From a virus (lineage: Duplodnaviria; Caudoviricetes): 39,336 nucleotides of DNA. Under the pieces are notes generated by a model. It saw nothing but the letters and a program-made list of their open reading frames with translations, was not told the origin of the DNA and ran no database searches. Position numbers and translations under genes: made by a program. Location of the stretch: the IMG/VR virus record IMGVR_UViG_3300038393_000662, positions 1 through 39,336 of that record; one strand, 5' to 3'. Shown in pieces: positions 1 to 8,266 of this stretch. Position 1 is the first letter of the stretch. The number at the start of each line of letters is the position of its first letter.

Positions 1-122
1 CCGGTGCAGCGCCCGCAGGGGTAGCAGGATCAACACGTAGTAGCCGACCGCGATCAGGACCGCGATCAACCCCTTGAGCGCCACCGCGTAAACCCAGCCC
101 GGCATCACCCATTCCCAGCCCG
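1..122. repeat. Terminal direct repeat, copy 1 (circular assembly overlap)
   Basis: 1-122 is identical to 39215-39336. Confidence 0.97.
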
Positions 123-139
123 CCTCGTGCGGGCTTTTT
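117..139 (+). terminator. Intrinsic terminator after the ejection-protein genes
   Basis: AGCCCGC-ctcgt-GCGGGCT stem followed by TTTT. Confidence 0.7.
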
Positions 140-158
140 GCTTTCCGGAGCCTACCAC

Positions 159-989
159 ATGCCCAGCTTCCGCCTCGTCGACAAGACGCGGACCTTTTTC
201 GGCAACCAGGCCCAGCTGCTCGCGGGCGGCAGCCTCGTGTTCTACAACGCTGGCACCACGACGCCGCAAGACGTCTATGGCGATGAGGCGCTAACCGTGA
301 ACAACGGCAACACCGTCGGCCTGGACAGCTCCGGCCGGCCCAGCGTGGATGTGTGGGCCGACACCACCGACGCCTACTTCATGGAGATTTACGACGCTGC
401 CAGCGTGAAGCAGGGCGAACTCGACAACATGAAGGTGCCGGGCGGCGCGGGGCAGACGATCCCGGTCCCCAACGACGGCGAATACCTCTCGGGCGATGGG
501 ACCAACATCCTTGCCGTCTCGCTCGACGGCAAGCTCCTGCCTGACATGGCGGGCAACGCCAACAAGATCCTTGGCACGGACGGCTCGCTTGCGAGCTGGA
601 TCGCCAAGCCGGCGGACGGCGCCGCGGGCGTCTCGGACATCGTCATTACATCGGGCTCGGTGAAGTGGAGCAGCGGGTCAAGCCACACGTTGCAGCAGTA
701 CGCCAGCGACACCGTCACTGGCACCAACAGCCTCGAGGTCTCCAAGACGATCACCTTCCCGACCGCCTACAGCTCGGCGCCGAAGGTTCTCGTCACCGTC
801 ACTGGCACCAACGCCAGCGCTGCGAGCAACGTCGAGGTACGCACGCGCGTGTCGGCGATCAGCGCCACGGGCTTCACGGTGGTGTTCTCCAATCGCACCG
901 GCGGCTCGTCGGCTGACCTATCCGGGAACGGCCTGCTCACCGGCACGGTGTCGTTCAATTGGGAAGCCATCGGGCCGACCGCGTCGTGA
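159..989 (+). CDS. Tail spike/fibre: virion-attachment N-domain plus C-terminal gp53/H-lectin-like domain
   Basis: GGAG then ATG at 159; N-terminal LAGGSLVFYNAGTTTP..LDSSGRP resembles podoviral tailspike head-binding domains; C-terminal TITFPTAYSSAP..TGFTV..FNWEAIG. Confidence 0.7.
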   Translation: MPSFRLVDKTRTFFGNQAQLLAGGSLVFYNAGTTTPQDVYGDEALTVNNGNTVGLDSSGRPSVDVWADTTDAYFMEIYDAASVKQGELDNMKVPGGAGQTIPVPNDGEYLSGDGTNILAVSLDGKLLPDMAGNANKILGTDGSLASWIAKPADGAAGVSDIVITSGSVKWSSGSSHTLQQYASDTVTGTNSLEVSKTITFPTAYSSAPKVLVTVTGTNASAASNVEVRTRVSAISATGFTVVFSNRTGGSSADLSGNGLLTGTVSFNWEAIGPTAS

Positions 990-1327
990 CGCTCCCCAAC
1001 GTCGCCCAGGCCGCCGTCGACGACCGCGGTCACTTCGTCGCGTCGTGGCGCAACTGGTTGGCGTCGATCGAACGTGCGGTATCACAGACGACCGGCAACA
1101 GCACCGACGCCACGGCCGCTATCGCCGCCATTGCCACGGCGCTCGGCTCGCCAGACGGCTCGGTCGAGAACATCCCCGACCAGAACTGGCTCGCGCCGTT
1201 CGTCATCCGTGGCACCGGTGGCATCAGCGTGAGCGGCACGCCTGAGTCCGGCTCCGTCCTGATCAGCGCGAACGGCAGTGGAACATCCATGCCTGCCGTC
1301 ATGGCGCGCATTTTTCTGAGGGGCTGA
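986..1327 (+). CDS. Tail protein, possibly tail-needle (gp26)-like anchor
   Basis: GTGA overlap with upstream stop; N-terminal LP..VDDRG..W..WL followed by Ala-rich helix. Confidence 0.5.
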   Translation: MTLPNVAQAAVDDRGHFVASWRNWLASIERAVSQTTGNSTDATAAIAAIATALGSPDGSVENIPDQNWLAPFVIRGTGGISVSGTPESGSVLISANGSGTSMPAVMARIFLRG

Positions 1328-1328
1328 C

Positions 1329-2177
1329 GTGCTACTCAAGTCCACTGACACATTGCAGGTATTGCTCGCGGGCACGGTTGCGGCGAATCAAGCGCAATTT
1401 GTCGCGATGTTCGTCGACATCGCGACCGATTGCACCACCAGTTCGCCTAGCAACAGCAGCGGCACGACCAATAACACGACGGCCGTCTCGTGGGTGGGCT
1501 CACCTGCACCCGACCAGGTGCGCGACGTCCAATACCTGTCGCTCTACAACGCGGACACGGCCGGCATCACCGTGACGGTCCGGCTCAACGACGGCACCAA
1601 CACCCGCATTCTGCAAAAGGTGACGCTCGCCACCGGCGACCGCCTCGAATACACGCGCAACGGCTTCACGCTGATCACTGCGGGTGGCACGTCGGGCGGC
1701 ATGTCCAACCCGATGACCACGACGGGAGACGTCATCACGGGCGGCTCCTCGGGCACGCCCCAGCGGTTGGCCGTGGGTAGCACGGGCCAGAAGCTCACTG
1801 TTGTGTCTGGCGCGCCTGCGTGGACGTATACCTACGACACCTGGGGCATTTCGGTGTCGGACGAAACGACGGCGATCACGACTGGCACCGCTAAAGTCAC
1901 TTTTTATGCCCCTTACGACGGCGCGTGGGACGAGGTCTACACGGGTGTGTCGGTGCAGTCCACGTCAGGCGTGGTGACGACCAACGTCAAGAAGAACGGC
2001 GCGACGATCTTCTCCACCAAGCCCAGCATCGACGCCACCGAGGACACCAGCCTGACCGGCACGGTGGCTGTTCTCAGCACGACCACGTTTACCAAAGGCG
2101 ACAAGATCACGATCGACATCGACGCGGCCGGCACCGGCGCGGCGGGGCTGAAGGTGTTCTTTCGGGTCCACTACTGA
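1329..2177 (+). CDS. Tail fibre/appendage protein
   Basis: Thr/Gly-rich beta protein with fibre repeat GD(V)ITG..GTPQRLAVGSTGQKL. Confidence 0.6.
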   Translation: MLLKSTDTLQVLLAGTVAANQAQFVAMFVDIATDCTTSSPSNSSGTTNNTTAVSWVGSPAPDQVRDVQYLSLYNADTAGITVTVRLNDGTNTRILQKVTLATGDRLEYTRNGFTLITAGGTSGGMSNPMTTTGDVITGGSSGTPQRLAVGSTGQKLTVVSGAPAWTYTYDTWGISVSDETTAITTGTAKVTFYAPYDGAWDEVYTGVSVQSTSGVVTTNVKKNGATIFSTKPSIDATEDTSLTGTVAVLSTTTFTKGDKITIDIDAAGTGAAGLKVFFRVHY

Positions 2178-2887
2178 TGTTCCTCCTAAGCCCCTATCGC
2201 TTCGGCAACACCCCATCGGATCCCAACTTTTCCAATGTCGTCCTGTTGTGCCACATGGAAGGCGCGAACGGAGGGGCCACGTTCACCGACAGTTCTTCCA
2301 GCGCCAAGACCATCACGGTTCTAACGGGCACGACGAACAGCAACACGCAGGTCAAGTTTGGCTCAACATCCTGCTTCATAACCGGCTCCGACTCGGGCGG
2401 CCTGTCCCTCGCGTCCAGCGCGGACTTCGGCTTCGGTGCCGGTGACTTCACGATTGAGGCGTGGTGCTATGCGACCAACGTCACCTCGCGTCTCAATACC
2501 ATTTTCGACTGCCGCCTGAGTGGCGCGACGGGCGTTCAATTGTTCATCGGGGGCGGCGCATATACCGTTGCAGCAAGCTCCATAGGCTGCTCGAGCAATA
2601 CCGGCATCCTGGCAACGGGAACCGGCGTGTCTGCGAATACTTGGCTGCATTGCGCTCTCACCCGCTCCGGCACAACGCTCCGGGGCTTTGTGGGGGGAGC
2701 GCAGGCGTTCAGCGTTACCGACTCGCGGACCTATGCTTCCTCGGCTGCGGTCTACATCGGGCGAGACCCGAATGGGACGTCCCTGCAAGGCTTCGGCGGC
2801 TACTTGGACGACGTGCGCGTGACCAAAGGTGTCGCACGTTACACCGCCAATTTCACGCCGCCGACGGCTGCATTCCCTGATCACTGA
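2177..2887 (+). CDS. LamG/concanavalin-A-like lectin tail-tip protein
   Basis: TGATG coupling at 2175-2179; DPNFSNVVLLCHMEG, DFTIEAW, WLHCALTRSG, GYLDDVRVTKGVARYTANFTPP. Confidence 0.8.
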   Translation: MFLLSPYRFGNTPSDPNFSNVVLLCHMEGANGGATFTDSSSSAKTITVLTGTTNSNTQVKFGSTSCFITGSDSGGLSLASSADFGFGAGDFTIEAWCYATNVTSRLNTIFDCRLSGATGVQLFIGGGAYTVAASSIGCSSNTGILATGTGVSANTWLHCALTRSGTTLRGFVGGAQAFSVTDSRTYASSAAVYIGRDPNGTSLQGFGGYLDDVRVTKGVARYTANFTPPTAAFPDH

Positions 2888-3782
2888 TGCGGGGTGTGCG
2901 GAAGTAGCGCTCCACCGTGTAGTAGCTGATGGACGCCAGCGCGAGCGAGCCGGCCAACGTCAGGCCGAGGTTCGCCTGCCAGCCCCATGCCTCGGGCACC
3001 ATGAACGTCATGGGGTAGTGGAACAGGTAGACCCCGTACGAAATGCGCCCGACATAGACGAGCGCCGGCCGGGTGACGAAAGGCAAGGGCGTCAGGTTCG
3101 ACAACAGCAGCACGCAGGCCGTCGCCGCCTCGGCGAACGGGATGCCCGCCGGAATGCCTAACCCAAGCGCAAGCGTGGCTAGCCCGAGCAAGGCCAGCGG
3201 CAGCCAGGACGTCATAGGGAGGAACGCGAGCAGCGAACCGAACACCAGGCCCGACATGCGCGTATCGAAGCGGAAGCCATCGGCCGGCGCGATCAGGTGG
3301 GCGGACGCCCAGAGCGTCGTCGCGACATACAGGCCCAGCATCATCCACACGGGCCGGCGCGAGCGCATCACGACGGGCAGCAGGGCGGGCCAGAGCAGGT
3401 AGTAATGTTCTTCAACCGCGAGGCTCCACGTATGCGCCAGCGCGCCGGGCGTGCCACCAAAGAGCCAGCCGTAATCGGTGAGGTAGAGCAGCACCCGGCC
3501 CGCGCCCGCAGGCGTTGCCCAGCGGATAGCCAGAACCAGGCCGACGAGCACACACAGGGCCGGGTAGAGACGCCGCGCACGGCGCAGGTAGAACGCCCCG
3601 AGCCGGATGCCGCCCGACTCCTGCTCGCGCTTGAGAATCGAGGTGATGAGGTAGCCGGACAGGACAAAGAACACGTCCACGCCCAGCTTCCCGCCGCCGA
3701 GATACGGCACGTCGCAGTGATACGCGACCACGCCCAGCACCGCCAGCGCCCGTATGCCATCCAAGGCCGGGTTGTATTTCAT
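2853..3782 (-). CDS. Acyltransferase-3 family membrane O-acetyltransferase (Oac/OafA-like)
   Basis: LDGIRALAV..YH, GVDVFFVLSGYLIT, FYLRRARRLYP, HTWSLAVEEHYY, GRISYGVYLFH, SYYTVE; multiple TM segments. Confidence 0.92.
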   Translation of the reverse strand: MKYNPALDGIRALAVLGVVAYHCDVPYLGGGKLGVDVFFVLSGYLITSILKREQESGGIRLGAFYLRRARRLYPALCVLVGLVLAIRWATPAGAGRVLLYLTDYGWLFGGTPGALAHTWSLAVEEHYYLLWPALLPVVMRSRRPVWMMLGLYVATTLWASAHLIAPADGFRFDTRMSGLVFGSLLAFLPMTSWLPLALLGLATLALGLGIPAGIPFAEAATACVLLLSNLTPLPFVTRPALVYVGRISYGVYLFHYPMTFMVPEAWGWQANLGLTLAGSLALASISYYTVERYFRTPRISDQGMQPSAA

Positions 3783-4057
3783 TCGGCGGGGAATGGATCT
3801 GTCGGCTGCGTGAACTGCAAGTCGTAAGGGACATAGCCAGGGTCGCCGGGATGGCTGACCTTTACGTCCGAGATGAAGCCGTAGTGTGCGGGTGCCTCCG
3901 TGCGTCGGATGCAGACTTCATCGACCCGGTCGACCTCTCCCTCCTTTAGGCGGTAGGTCACGGTCATGGTGTGCCAGCCACTTTCCGGCTGGACCTTGCC
4001 CATCGCCGCGGCTTCGGCGTGCAGGGCTTCCAGTGCGCTTGTCAGTTTCTCGTTCAT
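3779..4057 (-). CDS. Hypothetical protein coupled to acyltransferase
   Basis: AAGGTGAG before ATG; ATGA overlap with acyltransferase start. Confidence 0.7.
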   Translation of the reverse strand: MNEKLTSALEALHAEAAAMGKVQPESGWHTMTVTYRLKEGEVDRVDEVCIRRTEAPAHYGFISDVKVSHPGDPGYVPYDLQFTQPTDPFPAE

Positions 4058-4257
4058 GCGCTCACCTTACCGCCGCCCCACGCGGCTGGCTGTAGGAAAA
4101 CCCTGATCGCCATTCCAGACTTCGCCGATCCCCATCGACGGGGACAACGGAGCACAGTAGGCGCACCGGCAACGCGCGGGCCTGTGGCCCACCCACCGCG
4201 CGGGCCTCGTCAGGGGTGACGGGGCTGCCGGGCTTTGAAGGGTGAGACGGGCAAAGG

Positions 4258-4275
4258 CTGCACAAAAACTGCACA
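4258..4275. promoter_or_regulatory. Putative integrase arm-type sites (left)
   Basis: CTGCACAAAAACTGCACA, tandem CTGCAC at 11-bp period. Confidence 0.6.
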
Positions 4276-4303
4276 GCCCGTTTTGCCAGAATCGCCTAAG
4301 TGC

Positions 4304-4359
4304 TTGTGCCGGAAGAGAGATTTGAACTCTCACGACCTTGCGGCCGGCGGATTTTGAGT
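4304..4359 (-). other. attP core: 3' half of tRNA-Leu(CAA)
   Basis: Minus strand ACT-CAA-AATCCGCC-GGCCGCAAGGTCGT-GAGAG-TTCAAAT-CTCTC-TTCCGGC-A: anticodon loop, long variable arm, T arm and 3' acceptor strand; no D arm; next to integrase. Confidence 0.9.
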
Positions 4360-4432
4360 TCATGGCGCTACCCGGAATCCTAGGTTTTATGCGGGTTTCA
4401 GCGGTCTGAAACGGACTCAAACGACCCAACGA

Positions 4433-4450
4433 CTGCACAAATCCTGCACC
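4433..4450. promoter_or_regulatory. Putative integrase arm-type sites (right)
   Basis: CTGCACAAATCCTGCACC, same motif and period as 4258-4275. Confidence 0.6.
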
Positions 4451-4453
4451 GCC

Positions 4454-5380
4454 TTAGGCCAGCTTCCGCACCGCATCGGCGAGGTGCGAGGGCAGCAGGT
4501 GGGCGTACCGCTTGGTGACGGCCGGGCTGCTGTGGCCTAGGAACTCGCCGATGGTGTGCAGGGGCACGCCCGCCTGCGCCAGCCACGACGCGCAGGTGTG
4601 GCGCAGATCGTGCCAACGGCAGTCGATCCCCGTCTTCTGGCGCGCGGTCGCCCACGCCTCGCGGATCTGACGATCCCCGATCTTCAATGGCAACGCTTCG
4701 GCGATGGCCTGCACCTTCGGGTGCAGCGGGACCATCTGAAGCGTTCGCGTTTTTCCGCTGCGGTCCAGCCGCAGAAACTCCCCTTGCACGTCATGCCGGG
4801 TCAGCCTGAGCAGGTGTCCACGCCGGATGCCCGTATACGCCGCCAGGCGCACGTATGCGGCCGCCGCAGGGTCAGGGCACGCCTTGGCTAGCGCCTCGAC
4901 CTCCACGAGCGTCAGGAAGCGTTCCCGTGGCGATTCTGGCAGCAGGGCAATCGCGGCCGGACGATCCAGCCAGCCCCACTCGCGCCATGCCGCCCGCGCG
5001 ATCTGGCGAAGGATGCGGCCCTTGTGGTTCACGGTGGCCGGGGCTTTGTCGATCTCGGCTTCCTTGATCTCAGACCACACGGTGCCGACCTCCGTCAGCT
5101 TGCGCCCGTGGATGTACGGGAGCAGGGCGCGGACGTGGTTTCGGGTTTGCCGCGCCGACCGCAGGCGGGGGACGTGTCCTGTCAGCCAGCGTTCCACGGC
5201 ATCGGCAATCAGTCGTTCTGGCTGCCGACCAGCCGCAGCGTCCCGGACCTTGGCGAGCCAAGCCCGTTCGAATGCTTTGGCGTCGGCGAACGTCCAGTGG
5301 CGAGAAGTCTTGCGATACGTTCGTCCGCCGTAGCAGACGGTGACTTGATAGCTTCCGTTATCTCGCTTGGCGACGGGCAT
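4454..5380 (-). CDS. int: Tyrosine integrase
   Basis: YTGIR, K(TR), HDLRH, LGHS..VT.RY catalytic motifs; probable start MPVAKR at 5380. Confidence 0.95.
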   Translation of the reverse strand: MPVAKRDNGSYQVTVCYGGRTYRKTSRHWTFADAKAFERAWLAKVRDAAAGRQPERLIADAVERWLTGHVPRLRSARQTRNHVRALLPYIHGRKLTEVGTVWSEIKEAEIDKAPATVNHKGRILRQIARAAWREWGWLDRPAAIALLPESPRERFLTLVEVEALAKACPDPAAAAYVRLAAYTGIRRGHLLRLTRHDVQGEFLRLDRSGKTRTLQMVPLHPKVQAIAEALPLKIGDRQIREAWATARQKTGIDCRWHDLRHTCASWLAQAGVPLHTIGEFLGHSSPAVTKRYAHLLPSHLADAVRKLA

Positions 5381-5571
5381 TGCTGGCGTACCTTGCGGCG
5401 CGCCCAAAAGGCGGCCAGGTCGGCGGGGTGGATGCGGTCGGACTTGGCGCTGGAGCCTACGCGCGTCACGGCGAGGTCGCCAGCGGCAATGGCCCGGCGC
5501 AGGGTCTTGGTCGAGCATTCACACCGCTCGGCAGCCTGCGCGACGGTCAAAAGGCGTTCTGCTGCGCTCAT
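5209..5571 (-). CDS. xis: Excisionase (MerR-like HTH)
   Basis: LLTVAQAAERCECSTKTLRRAIAAGDL..RIHPADL; directly upstream of int. Confidence 0.8.
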   Translation of the reverse strand: MSAAERLLTVAQAAERCECSTKTLRRAIAAGDLAVTRVGSSAKSDRIHPADLAAFWARRKVRQQCPSPSEITEAIKSPSATADERIARLLATGRSPTPKHSNGLGSPRSGTLRLVGSQND

Positions 5572-5603
5572 CCTGCCATCCAGACGTGGGCGTGGTGGGT
5601 CAT
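5568..5603 (-). CDS. 11-aa mini-ORF MTHHAHVWMAG
   Basis: ATGA overlaps with both upstream stop and xis start. Confidence 0.45.
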   Translation of the reverse strand: MTHHAHVWMAG

Positions 5604-5845
5604 GCGCTTTCGATGCGAATCCCAATGATGGCCGCTAGGGCTTGCAGGATGTCGCCGCCATAGCGGCAGCCCGATCCGTACCCGCCATCGCCGAGCGGCT
5701 TGATGTCGCCATCGCAAGCCAGTTCGTTGTCCTCTGGCGCGTCTTCGGCATAAGGGTCGCTCTTGTAGAGCGTCCAGCAGTCGTTATCGACAATCGCCAC
5801 GCAGCCGGGGTTGTCGCGGATGATCTGCACAAGGTCTTTCATCAC
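5600..5845 (-). CDS. Hypothetical early-left protein
   Basis: GGAG RBS, GTGA coupling. Confidence 0.7.
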   Translation of the reverse strand: MMKDLVQIIRDNPGCVAIVDNDCWTLYKSDPYAEDAPEDNELACDGDIKPLGDGGYGSGCRYGGDILQALAAIIGIRIESA

Positions 5846-6072
5846 GTCTCCTTCGCCTCCGGGGTGGGGCGGGCGGTTAGCGCAGAAATCTTCGCGAGTG
5901 CGTCAGATCGCAGGCGGAAGATCAGCGCGTCCTTCCCTTCGCAGGCGTGCATATATCGGCGCTCGCCCTTCGGCTTGCACTGGATGCCGAACCACGTCTC
6001 GTTCGTGGTCAGGTCAACCCACTCCCGGACGCGGAAGCGCGAGCCGCCCAATGTCCAAATCTTCTCGCTCAT
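5842..6072 (-). CDS. Hypothetical early-left protein
   Basis: GGGGAG upstream of ATG 6072; operon packing. Confidence 0.65.
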   Translation of the reverse strand: MSEKIWTLGGSRFRVREWVDLTTNETWFGIQCKPKGERRYMHACEGKDALIFRLRSDALAKISALTARPTPEAKET

Positions 6073-6073
6073 C

Positions 6074-6478
6074 TCACTCCCCACCAGGCACGGGAACCAG
6101 CGCGACGGTTTGGCCGCTGATTTTTTGCGCGTCTATCGGATTGTTGAGGTCGAAATAGACGGTCGCCGCGTGGATAAGCGCCCCTTCCTTGAAGAGGCCG
6201 CACGCACCAACCGCCGCCCCCTTCACCCGTTCCTCCATCCCCCGCAACCGCTCGTAATCGGCGAGGAGGTTTGGCAGGGCGTTGATGACTTCGATAATCA
6301 GCGGTGCATTGGGTGCGCCAGTCGCTTCGTCGTTGGTGTATATGGCGGCAACTTCATCCACGTCCGCGTAACGCCCCTCCGGGCCACCGTAGATGTTGCC
6401 GTTCTCGGACCAGTGCCACGGCCCCGGCGTCGCCTTCGCAAGCAGCTCCCGCAAACGTTCTACGTTGATATCGCTCAT
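6074..6478 (-). CDS. Ead/Ea22-like early protein
   Basis: LRELLAKATPGPW..NA.LI..NALP.LL motif. Confidence 0.65.
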   Translation of the reverse strand: MSDINVERLRELLAKATPGPWHWSENGNIYGGPEGRYADVDEVAAIYTNDEATGAPNAPLIIEVINALPNLLADYERLRGMEERVKGAAVGACGLFKEGALIHAATVYFDLNNPIDAQKISGQTVALVPVPGGE

Positions 6479-7134
6479 GGGCGGTCCTTAAGGGCGGCGT
6501 CGATGACGGCGTCAAGCGTTGCGCCGTGCCAGCGGTTAAACCCGATCGGCGTGTTCGGATAAATCTGCAGGGTCCAGATCGTGTTGGTCGCCTTCATTCG
6601 CTCAACCTCGGCCGGTTCCTCGTCGGCGAAATCCTCGGGGAATTGCTCGATCCAGTCGGCAGCCGTCATGTAATTGGTGGCATGCTCGTCGTTGCGCGAC
6701 AGGGTGAGGCTGCACGGCGTGGCGTCCCGCAACCATCGCCACTTTTCCGCATCCCGCCCATCCCGCTCCCGCTGGGCCGCGAGTTGGGCGCAAGCCTCAA
6801 ATTGCAGGCGGTACGCTTCGTCTTTCGCGGCAAGTTCGCCCCGCGCCTCCGCGAGCTGGGATTCGGCGGATTCGGCGCGTTGCTTCCACTGCGCTCCGGT
6901 CGCGTTGATTTCGTCGTACAACGCCAGTGGGATCACTACGTCCTCGGGGCGGCGCTCGATGTCCTCCCGCGCCTCCGCAAGCTGACGCTCCAAGTCGGCG
7001 ATGTGGGCGCGGATGGTGTCGTAAGCCACAGTCGGAACCTCGGCGTAAGCAACGCCTCGATACGAAACCGGCTCTTTTCGCGCAGCATCAGCGAGGGCCA
7101 ACGCCTCGGCCACGTCGGCGGGGGTGTCAGTCAT
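6475..7134 (-). CDS. Hypothetical coiled-coil early protein
   Basis: LERQLAEAR repeats, DAEKWRWLRD..LDAVIDAAL; start may be GTG 7146. Confidence 0.7.
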   Translation of the reverse strand: MTDTPADVAEALALADAARKEPVSYRGVAYAEVPTVAYDTIRAHIADLERQLAEAREDIERRPEDVVIPLALYDEINATGAQWKQRAESAESQLAEARGELAAKDEAYRLQFEACAQLAAQRERDGRDAEKWRWLRDATPCSLTLSRNDEHATNYMTAADWIEQFPEDFADEEPAEVERMKATNTIWTLQIYPNTPIGFNRWHGATLDAVIDAALKDRP

Positions 7135-7142
7135 GGCTGGGC

Positions 7143-7331
7143 TCACAGGAAATGTCCGATGGTGACGCCAATGGCGAGAAAGGCGGCGAGCCCGATGATT
7201 GAAACGCCGAGACATCCTTCCATTAGCCCGTTGTTTCCTTCGCGCAAGTCGGAGTCGATAGCGAAACCGACGATGAGGCCGAGCAGTACGATCCCAAGCG
7301 GCACGGCCCACCAATGCAAGGTGATCGTCAT
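7143..7331 (-). CDS. Small two-TM membrane protein
   Basis: ATGA coupling at 7331; two hydrophobic helices. Confidence 0.7.
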   Translation of the reverse strand: MTITLHWWAVPLGIVLLGLIVGFAIDSDLREGNNGLMEGCLGVSIIGLAAFLAIGVTIGHFL

Positions 7332-8266
7332 TTGCCTTCCCCCTGGTCCTGCGCGGCGGTCACGCCGAGAAACGTGCATCCATTCACCTGATCGGCCCGC
7401 GCGCAAACTACGCGCACACCTCGCACCGTCGCGTTGCGAAGTTCGCCATGCTCGCCAAGGTCGATGAGGCCATCCACCCCGCTCGGCCCGCTGGCGAGGA
7501 GGTCCCGTGTCGCGTTGCACTTTGAGCAGTAAAGCGCGCCGTCCAAGTCAATCTCAGGCTGCCAACGGTGATGACACTCCCCGCCCTGCACCTGCGGGCT
7601 GGCAAGGGCAACACGAAGCGCGGCCGCGATGAATCGCTTATCGCTTTCCGGGTACACCGCCTGCTCGGGGAACGAACCCATGTCGCACGCGCTATAGGCC
7701 GCCTTGCAGGCATCCACGACGAGCGCATCGAAGGCAAAGCCCTCCGGCGCGGCCTGCGGGCTGGCGGTGAGGGCTTCCAAATCATCCTCGTTAACGCAAT
7801 CGCAAAACCCGGCACCGCCACCCAGCGATGGAACGCCGCATTCCCATCGGGTCGGCGTATCAAACTGGACGAATGGGTTTTGCGAACGCTCAAGCACCGT
7901 GCCGACCTGTCCGGCGTCGCTATGCCGCTGGGCCACCAACAGGCGCACCCGGTCGCCTTTCTTGAACTTCGGTTCCCTGCTCATCGGCTTGCCTCGGTCG
8001 GGGTGGCGTAGAGGGGGAACAGCTCGTGAGCCGTCGCTTCTGTGTTGGCACATGCGCTCTGCCATCCCTTGCGTTAGATAAACCGCATCAGCCCAAACTC
8101 GTCCGTCGAGCACCAGCCAAGCCATCGGCTCCCCCGCCTGCTTCATCAGCTCGATCGCGGCGTCCAGCGCACGCACCTTGTCGAACGCGGTCGGGCAGAC
8201 CATCGCCGCATAGGCATTGCGGATCGCCTCCAATACAGCGACGTGGGCCGCCTGGTGGGTGGTCAT
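7328..8266 (-). CDS. Mosaic hypothetical protein (possible internal start at 7984)
   Basis: Coupled at both ends; internal KFKKGDRVR SH3/KOW-like segment and CxxC. Confidence 0.65.
   Translation of the reverse strand: MTTHQAAHVAVLEAIRNAYAAMVCPTAFDKVRALDAAIELMKQAGEPMAWLVLDGRVWADAVYLTQGMAERMCQHRSDGSRAVPPLRHPDRGKPMSREPKFKKGDRVRLLVAQRHSDAGQVGTVLERSQNPFVQFDTPTRWECGVPSLGGGAGFCDCVNEDDLEALTASPQAAPEGFAFDALVVDACKAAYSACDMGSFPEQAVYPESDKRFIAAALRVALASPQVQGGECHHRWQPEIDLDGALYCSKCNATRDLLASGPSGVDGLIDLGEHGELRNATVRGVRVVCARADQVNGCTFLGVTAAQDQGEGK

Noticed and set aside
1-122. Biological terminal repeat
   Set aside because: It cuts through a gene and a terminator; best explained as circular assembly overlap for a probably headful-packaging phage
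4304-4359. Functional phage tRNA-Leu
   Set aside because: No 5' acceptor strand, D arm or 5' anticodon stem; it is the attP core
4062-4438. Minus-strand ORFs across attP
   Set aside because: No RBS or motifs; the longer one would be split on integration
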